NCBI GenBank assembly: GCA_904063045.1
Contig: CAJFCJ010000035.1
Coordinates: forward strand, 124,001-188,000
Source of the DNA: Dimorphilus gyrociliatus
Taxonomy: Eukaryota; Animalia; Annelida
Reading direction: 5' to 3'
DNA length: 64,000 nucleotides
Shown here: positions 33,855-46,354 of the stretch, piece after piece
How positions within the stretch are numbered: the stretch's first letter is position 1
Layout: every line of letters starts with the position of its first letter
Notes under the pieces: generated by a model
The model's input: only the letters and a program-made list of their open reading frames with translations
Databases searched by the model: none
Told to the model about the DNA's origin: nothing
Translations under genes and position numbers: made by a program

Positions 33855-34817
33855 TTGCTTAATGTTCTCTGCAATAATAATCCTAATCTATTGTACTGTG
33901 AAATATCTCTCTTGGTGTATTGCTTTACAATGCCTCTATTTCTATTATGTAGTATTTTTGGTAATTCTTTAGCATTTGCAGTACTCAGTAGAAGAAAAAA
34001 AATCACACCAATTGTAACTTACCTAACTGTTTTGGCAGTAGCAGACGTTTTAACAGTGAGTTTTGGAGCTCTAGAAACATTTATAAGAGGTTTAACAAAC
34101 GATACAGTCTATTTGAGATTTTATGTGAATCGCTTTGGATTTACTGAACCATATTATATTGCTTCATATGTTTCAGGTTGGATGATTGTATGCATTGCAG
34201 TTGATAGGATGGTTGCAGTTACATTCCCATATTTTAGAAGAACAGTAAGATGCTCTAAAATTGTTGTCTTCGTTATTATTTTATTGACAGTATTGGTGTT
34301 CGTTTGCTTCAAAATAACTGAACCAGTTATTGATAATTTTTGAAGAAAGAGATGCCACTACAATAAACGCAATGACTATATAACTACAAATAGATATTGG
34401 TGTGTAGTTGATGCTCTTGTCTGCTCAATACTACCAAATCTCGCCATTATACCATCTACAATTGTTAATATACATAAATTAGACGCTCAATGGAAAGTGA
34501 GACAACATCTTCTTTCTTCCAATAAATCGAGCAAGGCTCTTGTTTGTACTTTAAATATTGGTGTTGAACGAAAATTAGGTCAATGCGAGAAAACGACGCC
34601 ATATAGAAAAGTTAACATTATGTTAATAAGTGTTTGCACTATTTACGCAACATGTACAATCGTATTCTGCCTATTTGAAATTCTCGAGTATACTCTCAGC
34701 GCTAAATACAAACCATTTATGCGATTAGGTACATTGGTTGGTGAGAATCTACTATTCCTTAATCATTCCATAAATTGGCTTGTCTATTGTATAACTGATC
34801 CAATTTTACAATATTGA
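33855..34817 (+). pseudogene. Intronless class A (rhodopsin-like, peptide-receptor-type) GPCR with an in-frame TGA at 34341-34343
   Basis: GNSLAFAVL (TM1), YLTVLAVAD (TM2), IAVDRMVAVTFP (TM3), NHSINWLVYC (TM7). The two ORFs share a frame across one stop. Confidence 0.85.
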
Positions 34818-37102
34818 TTTATTGTTACTATATATATTTTTAAGCTCAGTTCTTTTTCAAATCTTTATTAGTTTATTATGACCTATTTAATTTTTGATTT
34901 TTTGGTATGGTTGCCAATATTTCTTTATTATTTAATGGTTTTATTGCCTCTTTAAAAGTGTATATTCTATCATAGAAAGTTCCCGGAAAATATATGATAT
35001 TATTGCATTTGGGAGAAACTGTAAGCCTATGATATGTTTTGGTATTTTAATCATATTTCGAAGAGAATACTTTTGGCTTAATTGTAACTGGGAATTTGAG
35101 TTTAATTATCGTTATTTGTCAACTTTATTAATATAATGCGTAAAAGTTTATACCAATAATTATTATGATAGAATAATTTTTGGCTCTGATCAAAGAATTA
35201 AGAAAGAAGCTTCAAGTGAGGCACAATGTTTTGGGCATAAATGCCTTAAAGTGGGCCAAAATGTCTCCAAATTGGACGAAATGTTCTGACCCCATTATTT
35301 TGTAGGATAGATGACTTGTGAAACGTTGGGGAAAATTATAGAAATATGCCTTTGTTTTAATCATGAGAGTTTCACTGTTTTGACTGCTATTAAGTAATTG
35401 TTACACAAATCATGACTATCACAAATACTCATTCTATTTTATTTATACATTTTCTAAATAGTTTATAGAGCATTGGAATTCTGACAGACAAATTGTTTCA
35501 ACTTATTAGTCAAACTGAAGTATCATATACAAATGAGAGAGCTGACAAGATGAAATAAAAACCAACTTTAGGTTGACCTGGATATCTCTAGGTCATCTCT
35601 TCAGTACAAGAAGGGAAGACCATCAAAATTAAACAAAAGAACAAAATCCCTTATCAGAAGAGAATGTGCAAGACTTCAAGGAAGAAAAGAGTTAGCAAAA
35701 TTGAGACTTGAACGTCTCAAAAACAACCATCCAGAGGATTCTAAATGAATAGGGATCAAGCTGTCTAGCTATTTCAAAAGCTTGTCCTCTATCAGCAAGT
35801 GCTAAAAGTACTAGAATATCTGTAGTAGGTGGATGGGTTCAACAGCAAACTAATAACAATAAAGTCATCTTCATTGATGAATCTAGATTTTCCCTAGGTG
35901 GCCCAGACCACCTACTAACATAGCAGTTAGATGACAGAGCAAGACTGTCTAGGGATAGGCTTCCTGTTGGTTGAGGAGGAGGGATGATACGGGGGTGTAT
36001 ATCCTCAGATCGTGAAGTTTTCATCCAAAGACTTCCCTCTTACATCTCTGGAGAATTTTACACGAAATTCATTCAAGGAAAAAATTTTTTTTAATTGTTG
36101 AGGGAAAATTTTGGTGAAGACTTCATCTGGCAGCAGGATAGTGCACTTGTTTTTCATGTTTTGAACTGCAGTTACAGTTAAAGATTTTTGCAATCTTTCG
36201 AATTCTTAGTTCTGGTCTTGCTAAATTGTCAAAAATTTAAATTTGGACTTCTTTGGATAAATGACGCATATTTAAATAAATACAAAAGAAATCGCAGGTT
36301 CTACATTCTTATTAGAACAAGAGAACAATTTTTATAGGCCAATTATATTTTCGATGACACAACTCCTAATTGTAAGGTCATAGTGACAATGTTACAATTT
36401 ACTTAATAACTTGTGGATAATTGAAGAAATGTTAACATTTTTACTTATTTTAAAGAGACGCCTATGCAGATTTTTATTGCCGGACCTAAGAATATAAAAG
36501 CTGTTGTAAAGGTATTTTCAAGTCTTTTAGCCTCCATCAAAACCTAACCTTCCCTAAGCCATCTAGATGAACATTTTCTCCTGTTAATTGAAGAGTATTT
36601 TCTTGGATGAGCAATCAAGTAAATCTGTTTGTCAATTTTGTGAATAATTGTCATTATACTAATCAATATCTTTTGAATTTTGAATGTTGAACAACAAAAC
36701 TGTTACTGATGTACATTTAAAGACTAATGAAGTTTATACTGAAAATATTTTCAGGATATCCCATTATTTACTCTAGAATCTGAACCAACTCTTAGTATTA
36801 TTTTAATAAATCAGTTTTAATAAAACTTTTATAATATTAAAAAGGTAGAAATTGTCTATTTATGAAATTGATCATTAATAGACTTTTCTCATTGGTTTAG
36901 CTTTTACTTTTTATTAAGGAGATTACAGTAAAGAATTCACTGAAGTGATCAAAGTGAAGGATGGCTTTATTCATTTTTAATTTTTGGTGTGATCACCTTT
37001 TTTATTAGTTTTACCATGTTTCTAATTTATCTACAGTTGTTCTTCATTGTCAAGAGATCAATTACAAGTGGAAGAGTATTAAATCAAAACAAAACAGAAT
37101 AT

Positions 37103-37551
37103 TCAGTTTAACAAAGGTTTTATTAATTTTTTGAACATCAGCTGTTCAATTTTGTGTTCTTTTGTGCAGACAAGACGAAATACAGGTATTAATTGTAAAA
37201 AGAGAAGAAAACTGTAAGCTACATAATTATAGCCGTAACACATTAAAGCTCGTGTTAACATGTTACCATCTCCAATATTTCTATTCCAAAGGAAATCTGC
37301 TCTTTTCACTTTTGAACAAATGATTAAAAGATTTCTAATCGACATGCATTGTCTCTTTCCTAAATTGCAATTTTGAAAAATGATATTCTTTACATTAAAC
37401 GATGACTTTTCGAGAGCTTTACAAATTTTTGATAATCCATCTCCCATATTCTTATTTCCAGAGAGAATAATAGTTTTAATTTGACAACAATCCAGCAAAA
37501 GATTTCTAATAGAATCGCAATGTTTATCATTTAAATAGCAATTTTGAAAAT
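37103..37551 (-). pseudogene. RNI-like LRR fragment, truncated by an LTR fragment
   Basis: IKTIILSGNKNMGDGLSKIC and VKNIIFQNCNLG repeats. Confidence 0.75.
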
Positions 37552-37904
37552 TGTCTTATATACAACCCCTTATCAGTTGTTTGTGCCATTGGTGTCAACA
37601 ACAAGGGTCTAACTCCAGATAAGGGTTGTTCACAACAAACAGGGTCAAGGGTTATCATATTATGCAATAGTGATGTAAACAACAACAACTTTGTGTAGGT
37701 AAACACTTAAGGGTCAATTGTTACATCATATTTATGTAAATAAACACTTGGTGTTGTTGTCAACATGTTTGGTTATGTAATATCTTATCTTTTGCCTATA
37801 AAAGGGCTTGATTCTGGTAGTTGAGTACCATCTACCCTAATACTTCTATGATATGGTAAGTATCATTCATATCATATATATTAACTATGGTGCATAAGTG
37901 TACA
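37552..37904 (-). mobile_element. Family C LTR fragment
   Basis: Reverse complement of ~51395-51770; ends ..AAGTGTACA. Confidence 0.88.
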
Positions 37905-38508
37905 ATCACTATAAAACTATTCCAAGAAGAGACTAAAAAAAAGGAATTCTTTCTAATCACATGATTTCATGGAATTTGGACAAAATCTAACAAATTTGAT
38001 TGGAAACTATCCAGATGGAATGCTAGTTTTCAGACTTGAACAGTAATATCATTTATTACAAGTGATTGGTGTTATTAATAAAATGAATGAATCTAAACCC
38101 AAACAACTACTTTAGTGCACACCACCATTTGCTTTTGAAATATACATGGAATTATTTAAAGAAACAGGAATATTATAGAAAATGTATCATAATCTGGTTA
38201 ACATTAATAAATTCAAATCTGATTTCAAGTAAATTATAAACTGGTATACATTTAAAAGTTAATTTTAAATATTTAAACAATTGACACATTTTAAAAATAT
38301 TATCACCTTGCAAAGTTTCTTTTGTATAAACTAAAATTTCTTCAGAATAGGTTATTCCTTCAATAATAAAAAAAAAGTATTCTTTAACATTATAATTATA
38401 ATTTGAGATATTGAATGTTAATTTAATTGGTGTTTGGCCGCATTTATCAATTCTTTCTATACAATAAAAACAAAAGAAACGTATTGGTAAAATGTCTATT
38501 TTTCAGTG

Positions 38509-38537
38509 TTAGGGTTAGGGTTAGGGTTAACCCTAAT
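38509..38537. repeat. Interstitial (TTAGGG)3 with an inverted AACCCTAA junction
   Basis: GTTAGGGTTAGGGTTAGGGTTAACCCTAA read directly. Confidence 0.85.
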
Positions 38538-39388
38538 GTTATAATATAACCAACCGATAAAAGAGAATTTTGGAATTAAAAGTAGGTCAATCTCATTCAA
38601 ACCATGTAGTTTTTGTGAATACATATAGAGATAATCAATGAGTTCCAGTGGGAATTTCATACAGTAGGTATGAGTATTTTTATACTTTATAGTAATAGAA
38701 TGAACGTTATAACCTCGATTTTCTAGTAAATTTCTCATGACAGTAGTAAACGTAGCAATTGAATTACTGACAACTGCAATATTGAATACTTTTAATAAAG
38801 ACAAACCTAAAAGAATAAAGCTTTGTTTACAAACCAGCCAAACAAATTGAATTGATAAACATTATACCATTAGGAAAGATTCGTAGATTTTCCATAGGTT
38901 CAAACCAAAATGTGTCATTCTTGTAATAAATATCATCAGTTAATGAATTCAATGTAAGAGTGTCCACAGCAGTATTGTTATAGAACATAGCTTTAATTCT
39001 ATTTTTAGAATTTATGGTAATAACTAAATTTAGTTTTAAAATAAAAATTGTAAAAGTATAATGTAAATTTTGAATTTGAATACTTTTGCATTACATTTTT
39101 TAGTAGAATTTGAAAAAGTTGAAGACAATGTAAATATAAATAATTCAGATATTTCTAAAATTGATTTAATCTCAGAATTTTGTGAATATTTTAAAACATT
39201 TACAAATTGTCCATTATATAATCCTTTACAAACTATTGTATGACTTTGATAGATAGCTGTTTGCGGTTTACTATTATAATTTCTTATACAGTATTGAATA
39301 TTTGAAGAAAAGCCAGTTTCCTGTAAGGAATTTATTGTAATATACATTTTTTTTAAAATTTTGTAACTTTGCAAATCTGTTATTTTTT

Positions 39389-40023
39389 TTAAATATTTAA
39401 AAAAAAGAAAAATTTTATAGTAAAATATTTTGATCTACCGAATTTTTCAGTATAGATGACTAAACTGTAAACTATTAGTGACTTTGCCATATCAATTAGA
39501 AGGTATGATTGAATATTTTCAACAGCAACATCTATTATCGAAAGAAATTTTGTTGAATAATTTCTGTCGTATGCATTCTCTTTGAAAAAATTCAAATGTT
39601 GTCCTCCACTTTCAGTTCTTTTAATATCATAAAAATTCAATAAATTGAATTCTAATAGGAAAACAAAAAAGTTTTTTTTTTTTGTACTTTTGAATAATTA
39701 AAAAAGATTTCATTACTTGAATTTCTGAAATATTTTCCAGAGATAATTACATCACAAATTATTAATGATGTATTTGGTGTTGTTAATTCTATTTTAACAA
39801 TTGATCCAACTGTGCTATTTATGTTATAGCAGCTATAATCATCAATATCAACTGAAATTGGCCTGTTTACTTGTCCTTGAAAGTATTTCGAAATTCCTGT
39901 ATTATCATCCAAATCATTGAAAATTGAAATTGTAAACTTTTGTAGTTTCAAATCTAAAAAAGAAAACAAATCAAAATTTGCTTTGAAACACAACCAAACA
40001 ACAAAACTTACATTCCTCATCAC
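39389..40023 (-). CDS. Probable exons of an extracellular protein with fucolectin/F5-8-type domains
   Basis: AYDRNYSTKFLS..YLLIDMAKSLIVYSLVIY and SLIICDVIISG resemble discoidin/FTP strands. Gene extent is uncertain; it may run from ~43400 to ~38500. Confidence 0.4.
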
Positions 40024-40754
40024 TGTCTATATTCAGCAAGCAAATTTCAGTAATTTCATAAACACTAGCCAAATCAATTGACCACCATGACGTACTTTCC
40101 GGTTGTTCAGCAGTTTTTGAACATTTAAAATATTTCTGTTCGAAAGAAAAAACAAAATTTAAAATTTAAAGTTTAAATAAAACAGAAAGGAAACCAACAT
40201 CCTTATCACCAATTTCAATGTGTTCATCATTTGCATATTCTGGTTTATATAGATGATTATTGAAAAATGCAATAGAGCTTTGAAAAGATTGCTTTCCTCT
40301 TGCCAAATTACTTTTTATGATATTTAAATTTGAATCTGAAACAAGTAAGATACAAACAATTAAAAAGTAGAAGACAATTTAAAATTTGTACTTAACATGT
40401 CATAATTGTCAGATAAACAAAATGTAACAAATTCATATTTCAGAAGTTAAAATTTCCTTTTTTTCAAGTTTTCACTCAGTTTAAAAGTATGAGATGATAC
40501 TTTTATATTAAATTTTTGTTCAATATCTGTTTTTAATGGAATACAAATAAAAAACAAGATATAAATATTTTATCATTCACTTAAAATGTTCAATTATCTA
40601 CAATTTTTAAAAGTAACCAAGCAAATTGTTAAGTAAATGTGCTGGTCTTCTTTTTATTTGGATATTTTAACATATCAACTATATGGGGAAAACTTTTCAT
40701 GAGCATGATGCATTAAATCAATGGAAGAAAAAGACGCCAACTAAAGATTAGGTG

Positions 40755-40822
40755 CAGCTTAGGGCTGGGTTAGGGTTAGGGTAAAAACATGGATTCATGA
40801 ACATTTTCTGTCGTATCCTAGC
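40755..40822 (-). mobile_element. MULE-type terminal sequence with TTAGGG-like subterminal repeats
   Basis: Reverse complement GGATACGACAGAAAATG..ACCCTAACCCTAACCC is similar to 49897-49955 and to the MULE end GAATACGACAGAAG. Confidence 0.55.
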
Positions 40823-41318
40823 AAATTACTCATTTCAAAGAAAGTAATTTTCATTACAAAAGAGAAATTTGTAAAAACGTGAAAGAATTATCTTAAAAAA
40901 AATCTATCTAGTCTGGTATAGAAAAATATCATGCAAAATAGATCCTCTATGATCTTGAATCAAAGAGGGCTTCTTCCACCTATAAACACATTTCATCTGC
41001 ACCTGTTGAAAATGGTAAAAATGGCTAAACCAGCTGAGAAACTTTTGAAAATTGTGAACTGTTAACACTACACAATTGAGCAGTTGTTAGCCTATTCAAT
41101 ACACATCTTATATGGAAAAAATACTGGTGTTCAATGTAACCCTTTGGACAAATATCATTTATATTCTTATACTTGTGGATGAATGTACTTTTGTTGTTTT
41201 GTAATTAAAGAAACTTTTGACTCTAACAACAGAAATTGTCCTTTCTAATCATTTACCATTGAAAGACAGACAGTTGCATGACATTTCTAACCCATAATCC
41301 TTAAACTTAAAAAAAAAG

Positions 41319-41597
41319 AATCAACCAGCTGATGGTTAGAGAACTGAACTTTTCCAATAGTTGACGATTCACAGATAAAATATGCACACAAAGAAATGTA
41401 ACAATGTGGATAAAGGAAAAGTTCAAATATACTTCCATATTTGTTACTTTTTCTTTATCTTGGAGAACTGCTGCTCCCTATTTTTAGTAGGTCAGAAAGT
41501 TGCATAAGATGTAACAATTTTAGGTGTATTGTGTGAATGTATGAGCTTGGTTGTAAGCTTATGAGTACAGCATATGCTAACAGTCTAAATGTGTACA
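41319..41597 (-). mobile_element. Internally deleted family-A-like LTR
   Basis: AACCAGCTGATGGTTAGA..TTTTAGTAGGTCAGAAAGTTG..TAAATGTGTACA. Confidence 0.8.
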
Positions 41598-43389
41598 GTC
41601 TAAATATCAATATACCATTATTTCTAACTAAACAATGAACTTGAGGAAAGAAATTCCTATGGTGAAGATAGAACAAACTAGTTGAAAAATGCAGAACCTG
41701 CTAATAGAATAATTAATACAAATAATTCTATAAATTTATTGATAAATATTTGTAAGAGAAATATCAAAATTTACATGACCAGTAGACAGTAGTACAGTGA
41801 TTGCTTAGACTGGAAATTTCTTTAACTGTCACAATGACAACTATTGCTTTTGTTAAAGTAAATTTCTAATTTTATCATTAGTACCTTGCTATAGAAATTC
41901 GAATTAATTGAAAAATTGATTTTCCCTTCTATACAGTTTTTGAATAGTGTCATATTATCAATTAATTGATAAGTAACAAAAAAATTCAGAGAAAGTAATA
42001 TTTTACAGTTTTATTGATCCAATGAATGTACTTAATATAATATTTGTGTTCTCTCTGTAAAATATCATAAAAGATAGTCTTCAACCTGTCAATGTAAAAT
42101 AATCTGAAGACTTTTCTTTTTGTTCATAATTTTTCAAAACTAAAATATTTGCCTATTAAGCCTTACATCTATATAAAATATGAATTACTAGATATTTGGT
42201 GATTCTTGTGGGATGAAAACAAAGATGAAACAGTAATGATATAGTAATAAATGATAAATGATAAAAGAAATAGGAGTATTACCTTTATCAATTGTGAATT
42301 CAATTGAGTAAATTCTGTTTAGAAATTGTGAATTTCCACAATTTAGTTCAAAACCGACATATACATTTTCATAAAAGACATCCTCAGAGTATACCTATTG
42401 GTATTACAGTTGAAAAAATTTGAATATTAACATTATTATCTATTCAAAAATTCTCTTACTGAAGGATAGTCAGTTTGAGCATAATCATTTGCTATAATAT
42501 GCATATGGTTCTTCTTATGAATAACACTGTAGACATCATCCTTTTCTATAGGCAAAGGCTTCAAGAGAGTTACAGTTTTCTCTGTTAATGCTGTTCCACT
42601 TTCTATTTGAATTATATGGAGCAATTTGAATTTAAGAGGATTGACTTGGTCTGGAACTGGTCTCCAAATTCCAATAAAACCTATTCCAGTTACTTTTCGA
42701 AATATTTTGAAGCTTACTATATATCCAGGGCAAGGGAAACTTGGATGTAAAATTAGATTTAAGTAATCTCCTCCACCATTTGGCCTATTTATAGTAGGTG
42801 AACCAAATGTACTTTTGGTGTTATTACAAACCTTTGGAGGTTCTATTTTAAGTAAACCAAAACTGGTATTATTTCCTGTTGCAATTAATAAAAAAAAAGA
42901 TTTTGCTCACTATTTCCTTCTGCTGAAATTTCAAAGTTTATAGCATAGTATCTAGGATTGCTTAATGAAGGAATTTTCAAAGCTCGACCAATAGGCAGTT
43001 CTTTTGTTTCATAACTCAGAAAAGCTCCCTAAATGTATAAATACATGATATGTCAAAAGATAAAAATAGACAAATGATTAGATATTTACATCATAAAGTA
43101 ACCATAGGATCACTCGCATTTTTGCTGTGTCTGATGTTACTTTTGTGATTTTTCCAATAATCAAATCCAATTGAATAATTTGCTTTCACAAAAATTCGTT
43201 GAGTAACATTAAATACTCGAATTCCTGAAGTTGTTGATCCAGGAATTTTAATTTTGCTCCTACAAATATAGGTCAATGGACTTGAGTATAATCTCTCCCA
43301 TATTCCAACATTCAATGGAAAATTTTTACCCAAACTATCAAAAATGACTGCCTTTATATATCCATCGCAAGGGAATTTAAATCCTACAA

Positions 43390-44880
43390 CTATATTAAGT
43401 GCACCATTTCCACTAATAGTAACTGTAAATAAATATCTAGTTTTTCCATAATAAAGAATTCTTGTTCCATAATTCTTCCATTAAATTGAATATTCAGTTT
43501 TGTTTTTCCTTTTGTCTTTAAAGCATTTCCCTCTGCTGAAGTGATGATTGGTAAGCCAGTAGTTTCTTTCTTGATGAATTTAGAATCCATTAACCTGATT
43601 TCTTTTTCTGTAATAAATGACAAAAGTGCTCCTGAATCACATAAAGCAATAACCTCTCTTCCATTATGATTTTTCATTCGAAATTGGAAATCTTTTCTGC
43701 CTTTTACCAAAGAAGTACACTTAAAATGTGCGATTTTCTCTTCTTTGAGATTAAATATTGCCATTCTTCCTTTAGAAATTTCAGTTTCATTAGGTTCATC
43801 AGGTCCAACATGTATTAGTCTGTTAAAGCTGCCTTTTTCATTATTTCCTGCATTTCCATTTCTTTGTTGTTGAAATCTATTTTGAGAAAAAGGTTTAAAT
43901 GTATGTTCATTTTGATTTGAGTTACTCTGATTGTTGTCAAATCTCCTTTTGTACTGTTTGAATTCATTTTCGCTTTCTTTTCTTGCATTATCAAAAAATA
44001 TTTCTGCTCTTTTTGCCAATTTAATATACTGATTAACTGAGTTAATCTTTCCATCTTTTTCCACATGATTAACAATTTTTCCTTTAAGACCATTCCTGAA
44101 TACAGTTAACAGTTGAAGTTCTCTAACTCTTTCAGTAACACAAGCCATTTCAGTAGTATTGAATGGTAGGAATTTTTCCACAAGTTCTTTACTTCTTCTA
44201 ACAAAACTTTGGACAGTTTCATCATTGAACTGTCTCAATCTATCAATTTCTTTTTTGTAAGCCATAGGATCTGGATTAAATTCTTCATCCAATGCATCCC
44301 AAATTTCATTTTCATTTGCCATGGAGGGTAAACTTTCAATAACATCTCTGGCTCTTCCAGTAGTGTATTTTCTCAGCATTCGAACTCTTTTCTCTTCTGT
44401 ATCCCAAAGGTTTAATTCACAAGCTGTTTGAAAGTTCCTCTTAAAGGCCCAAGTATCTTTGCTACCAGAATAGGGTCTCAGTAAAGTAGTATTAGGTTTC
44501 TCATTAGCATCAATTAGAAGACTTGCAATTGTCTTTTCCAAAGCATTATCTTGAATGCCATCATAACTGAATTTTGGTTGAGTAGGATCAGGATTAACCA
44601 TACCTTCAGGAATTGTAGCTGCCCCAGTCATCAAATGGTACTTTAAAAAGCTATTACCATCAACTTTGGCTCCACTACTTTTAATTCTCAACATTAATTC
44701 ATTAATTTTTGAAAGATACTCATCTACTTCCTTGGCTCTGGCTTTGTCATTCTCATAAACCAAAATAACATTCATTGAAGTAGCATTGTGGGCTGTCGAC
44801 TGCGCCATATTTGTACTTTGTTGTATTGTAATTGTAGGAATTTCTGGTTCGTCACAACTGTAATCGTCCTTTCCAATCAT
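43390..44880 (-). CDS. gag: A-prime Gag-protease, truncated within the protease
   Basis: Capsid-like region; ALCDSGALLSF. The last ~12 residues derive from flanking DNA. Confidence 0.9.
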   Translation of the reverse strand: MIGKDDYSCDEPEIPTITIQQSTNMAQSTAHNATSMNVILVYENDKARAKEVDEYLSKINELMLRIKSSGAKVDGNSFLKYHLMTGAATIPEGMVNPDPTQPKFSYDGIQDNALEKTIASLLIDANEKPNTTLLRPYSGSKDTWAFKRNFQTACELNLWDTEEKRVRMLRKYTTGRARDVIESLPSMANENEIWDALDEEFNPDPMAYKKEIDRLRQFNDETVQSFVRRSKELVEKFLPFNTTEMACVTERVRELQLLTVFRNGLKGKIVNHVEKDGKINSVNQYIKLAKRAEIFFDNARKESENEFKQYKRRFDNNQSNSNQNEHTFKPFSQNRFQQQRNGNAGNNEKGSFNRLIHVGPDEPNETEISKGRMAIFNLKEEKIAHFKCTSLVKGRKDFQFRMKNHNGREVIALCDSGALLSFITEKEIRLMDSKFIKKETTGLPIITSAEGNALKTKGKTKLNIQFNGRIMEQEFFIMEKLDIYLQLLLVEMVHLI

Positions 44881-45746
44881 TTACCAACTTGCCAAAGTAC
44901 TGGTCCAAATAGAACCTTTAAAGTTCGTCCACAAATAGTCTAACAAAGGCAATTTCGGTAGAAATTGATTAACAAAACACCAGTATTTCGTCCAAAGAAT
45001 ATGTATTGAGTAAAATGAGCTTCTAGTTCTAAACAAGCTAGTTTAAACAACTAGCTGACGGTTAGAAAACTGAACTATCAACTGTTAATTTCGTAGGGTT
45101 TATATACTCTTTTAAGGGTTGATAGTTCACAAATTTCAATGTTCACAAAAACAAAAGTAACATTTGAAGACAAAGAAAAGTTCTAAATATGGTCATGTTT
45201 TTATTGTTTTCCTCTTCTAAATAATAGTTGAATTTCGAAGGTTGGAGAGTTGCATAAGATGTAACAATTTTAGTAGGACAAGTCCAACAATCAAGAAAAC
45301 ATGTAGATTGTATATTTGACCGTTTTTATATTCTACCTTAATAATGATATTCAATTGATTGAGTTAGTAAATTTAGCATCAGCATATAAGGAGGAAGTAT
45401 ATCTGATTAATGCATGTTAAAAAGAACAGTATTGTGTATACAATACTGTTGAATAGTGAATATAATCTAACCTTAGAATTTAAGCATAATTGATAATTAA
45501 TTGAACTAGTTTTAGTTCGAAATCATAAATTTATGGATTAATAAATTGTAATATTAATGCTAGGTTGCAAATAGCAAATATTCTTTATATAATTCAATAG
45601 GTTTTATTACTGCATAATGTGTATGCACTGCCCTATGCGAAACTAGGTCACTACTGCTTATCTTTATCAGTGCTATCTGCATAGTACAATACTGGTTCAA
45701 TACTACTTCTCTATTGTAGAATATAGCTGACGAATGTATGTGTACA
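43430..45746 (-). mobile_element. Gypsy subfamily A-prime, 3'-truncated (LTR 44812-45746, PBS 44797-44807, gag-PR)
   Basis: 935-bp TGTACA..AGTACA LTR; TGGCGCAGTCG PBS; gag closely similar to element A. Confidence 0.92.
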
Positions 45747-46354
45747 GGCTTTGTATTCTTTTGATATCAAGTACTCTGTGCTGTAATTAGACACAAATGG
45801 TAAATCTTCCAAACAGGGAGAATAGCAATCTTCGCAATATAGAGAAGCCTTTAACACAACTCTTCAATGTCTGCTCTAAACTTCCATTGAATATCTGCAT
45901 AGACTCGGATACAAAGAGAACCCTTTCTGCTCATATAATACTCAAGTGCCTTGAAACATTTTATAATGAAGTATTTAAGATATTCAATTTTTTTCCTTTT
46001 TGAATTGTCATTGAAATCTCTCATCTTTTATTGAACAGTGTAATTTTCTTAAAGAGTTTCTTCCCCCTGTGATTGAAACTATTGAGAAGCTGAAAGATCA
46101 AGATGATGATATTGAGATTCAGGTACTTTTTCTCTTCTATCTCTTTCAAGACACCTTTTTTCCAACACCAATTAGTAAGTAATGATATTCTTATGGTTAA
46201 AGGTGTCAGCTGACAATGTCTATTCAACTTATGAATTAACGGTTAAGAAGAAAGGCAATGCTGAAAGACAACTTGTTGACAATTTTTTAGCTGGTGACGG
46301 GACCAGTCTAGGTAGATATTTTATTGAAATAGTGATATTCTTCATATTTCCCAT

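Noticed and set aside
35839-36193. Two short minus-strand ORFs
   Set aside because: No recognisable motifs or splice structure.
38509-38537. True telomere or chromosome-fusion site
   Set aside because: Only three units, and similar TTAGGG tracts occur inside transposon-end remnants at ~40770 and ~29070.
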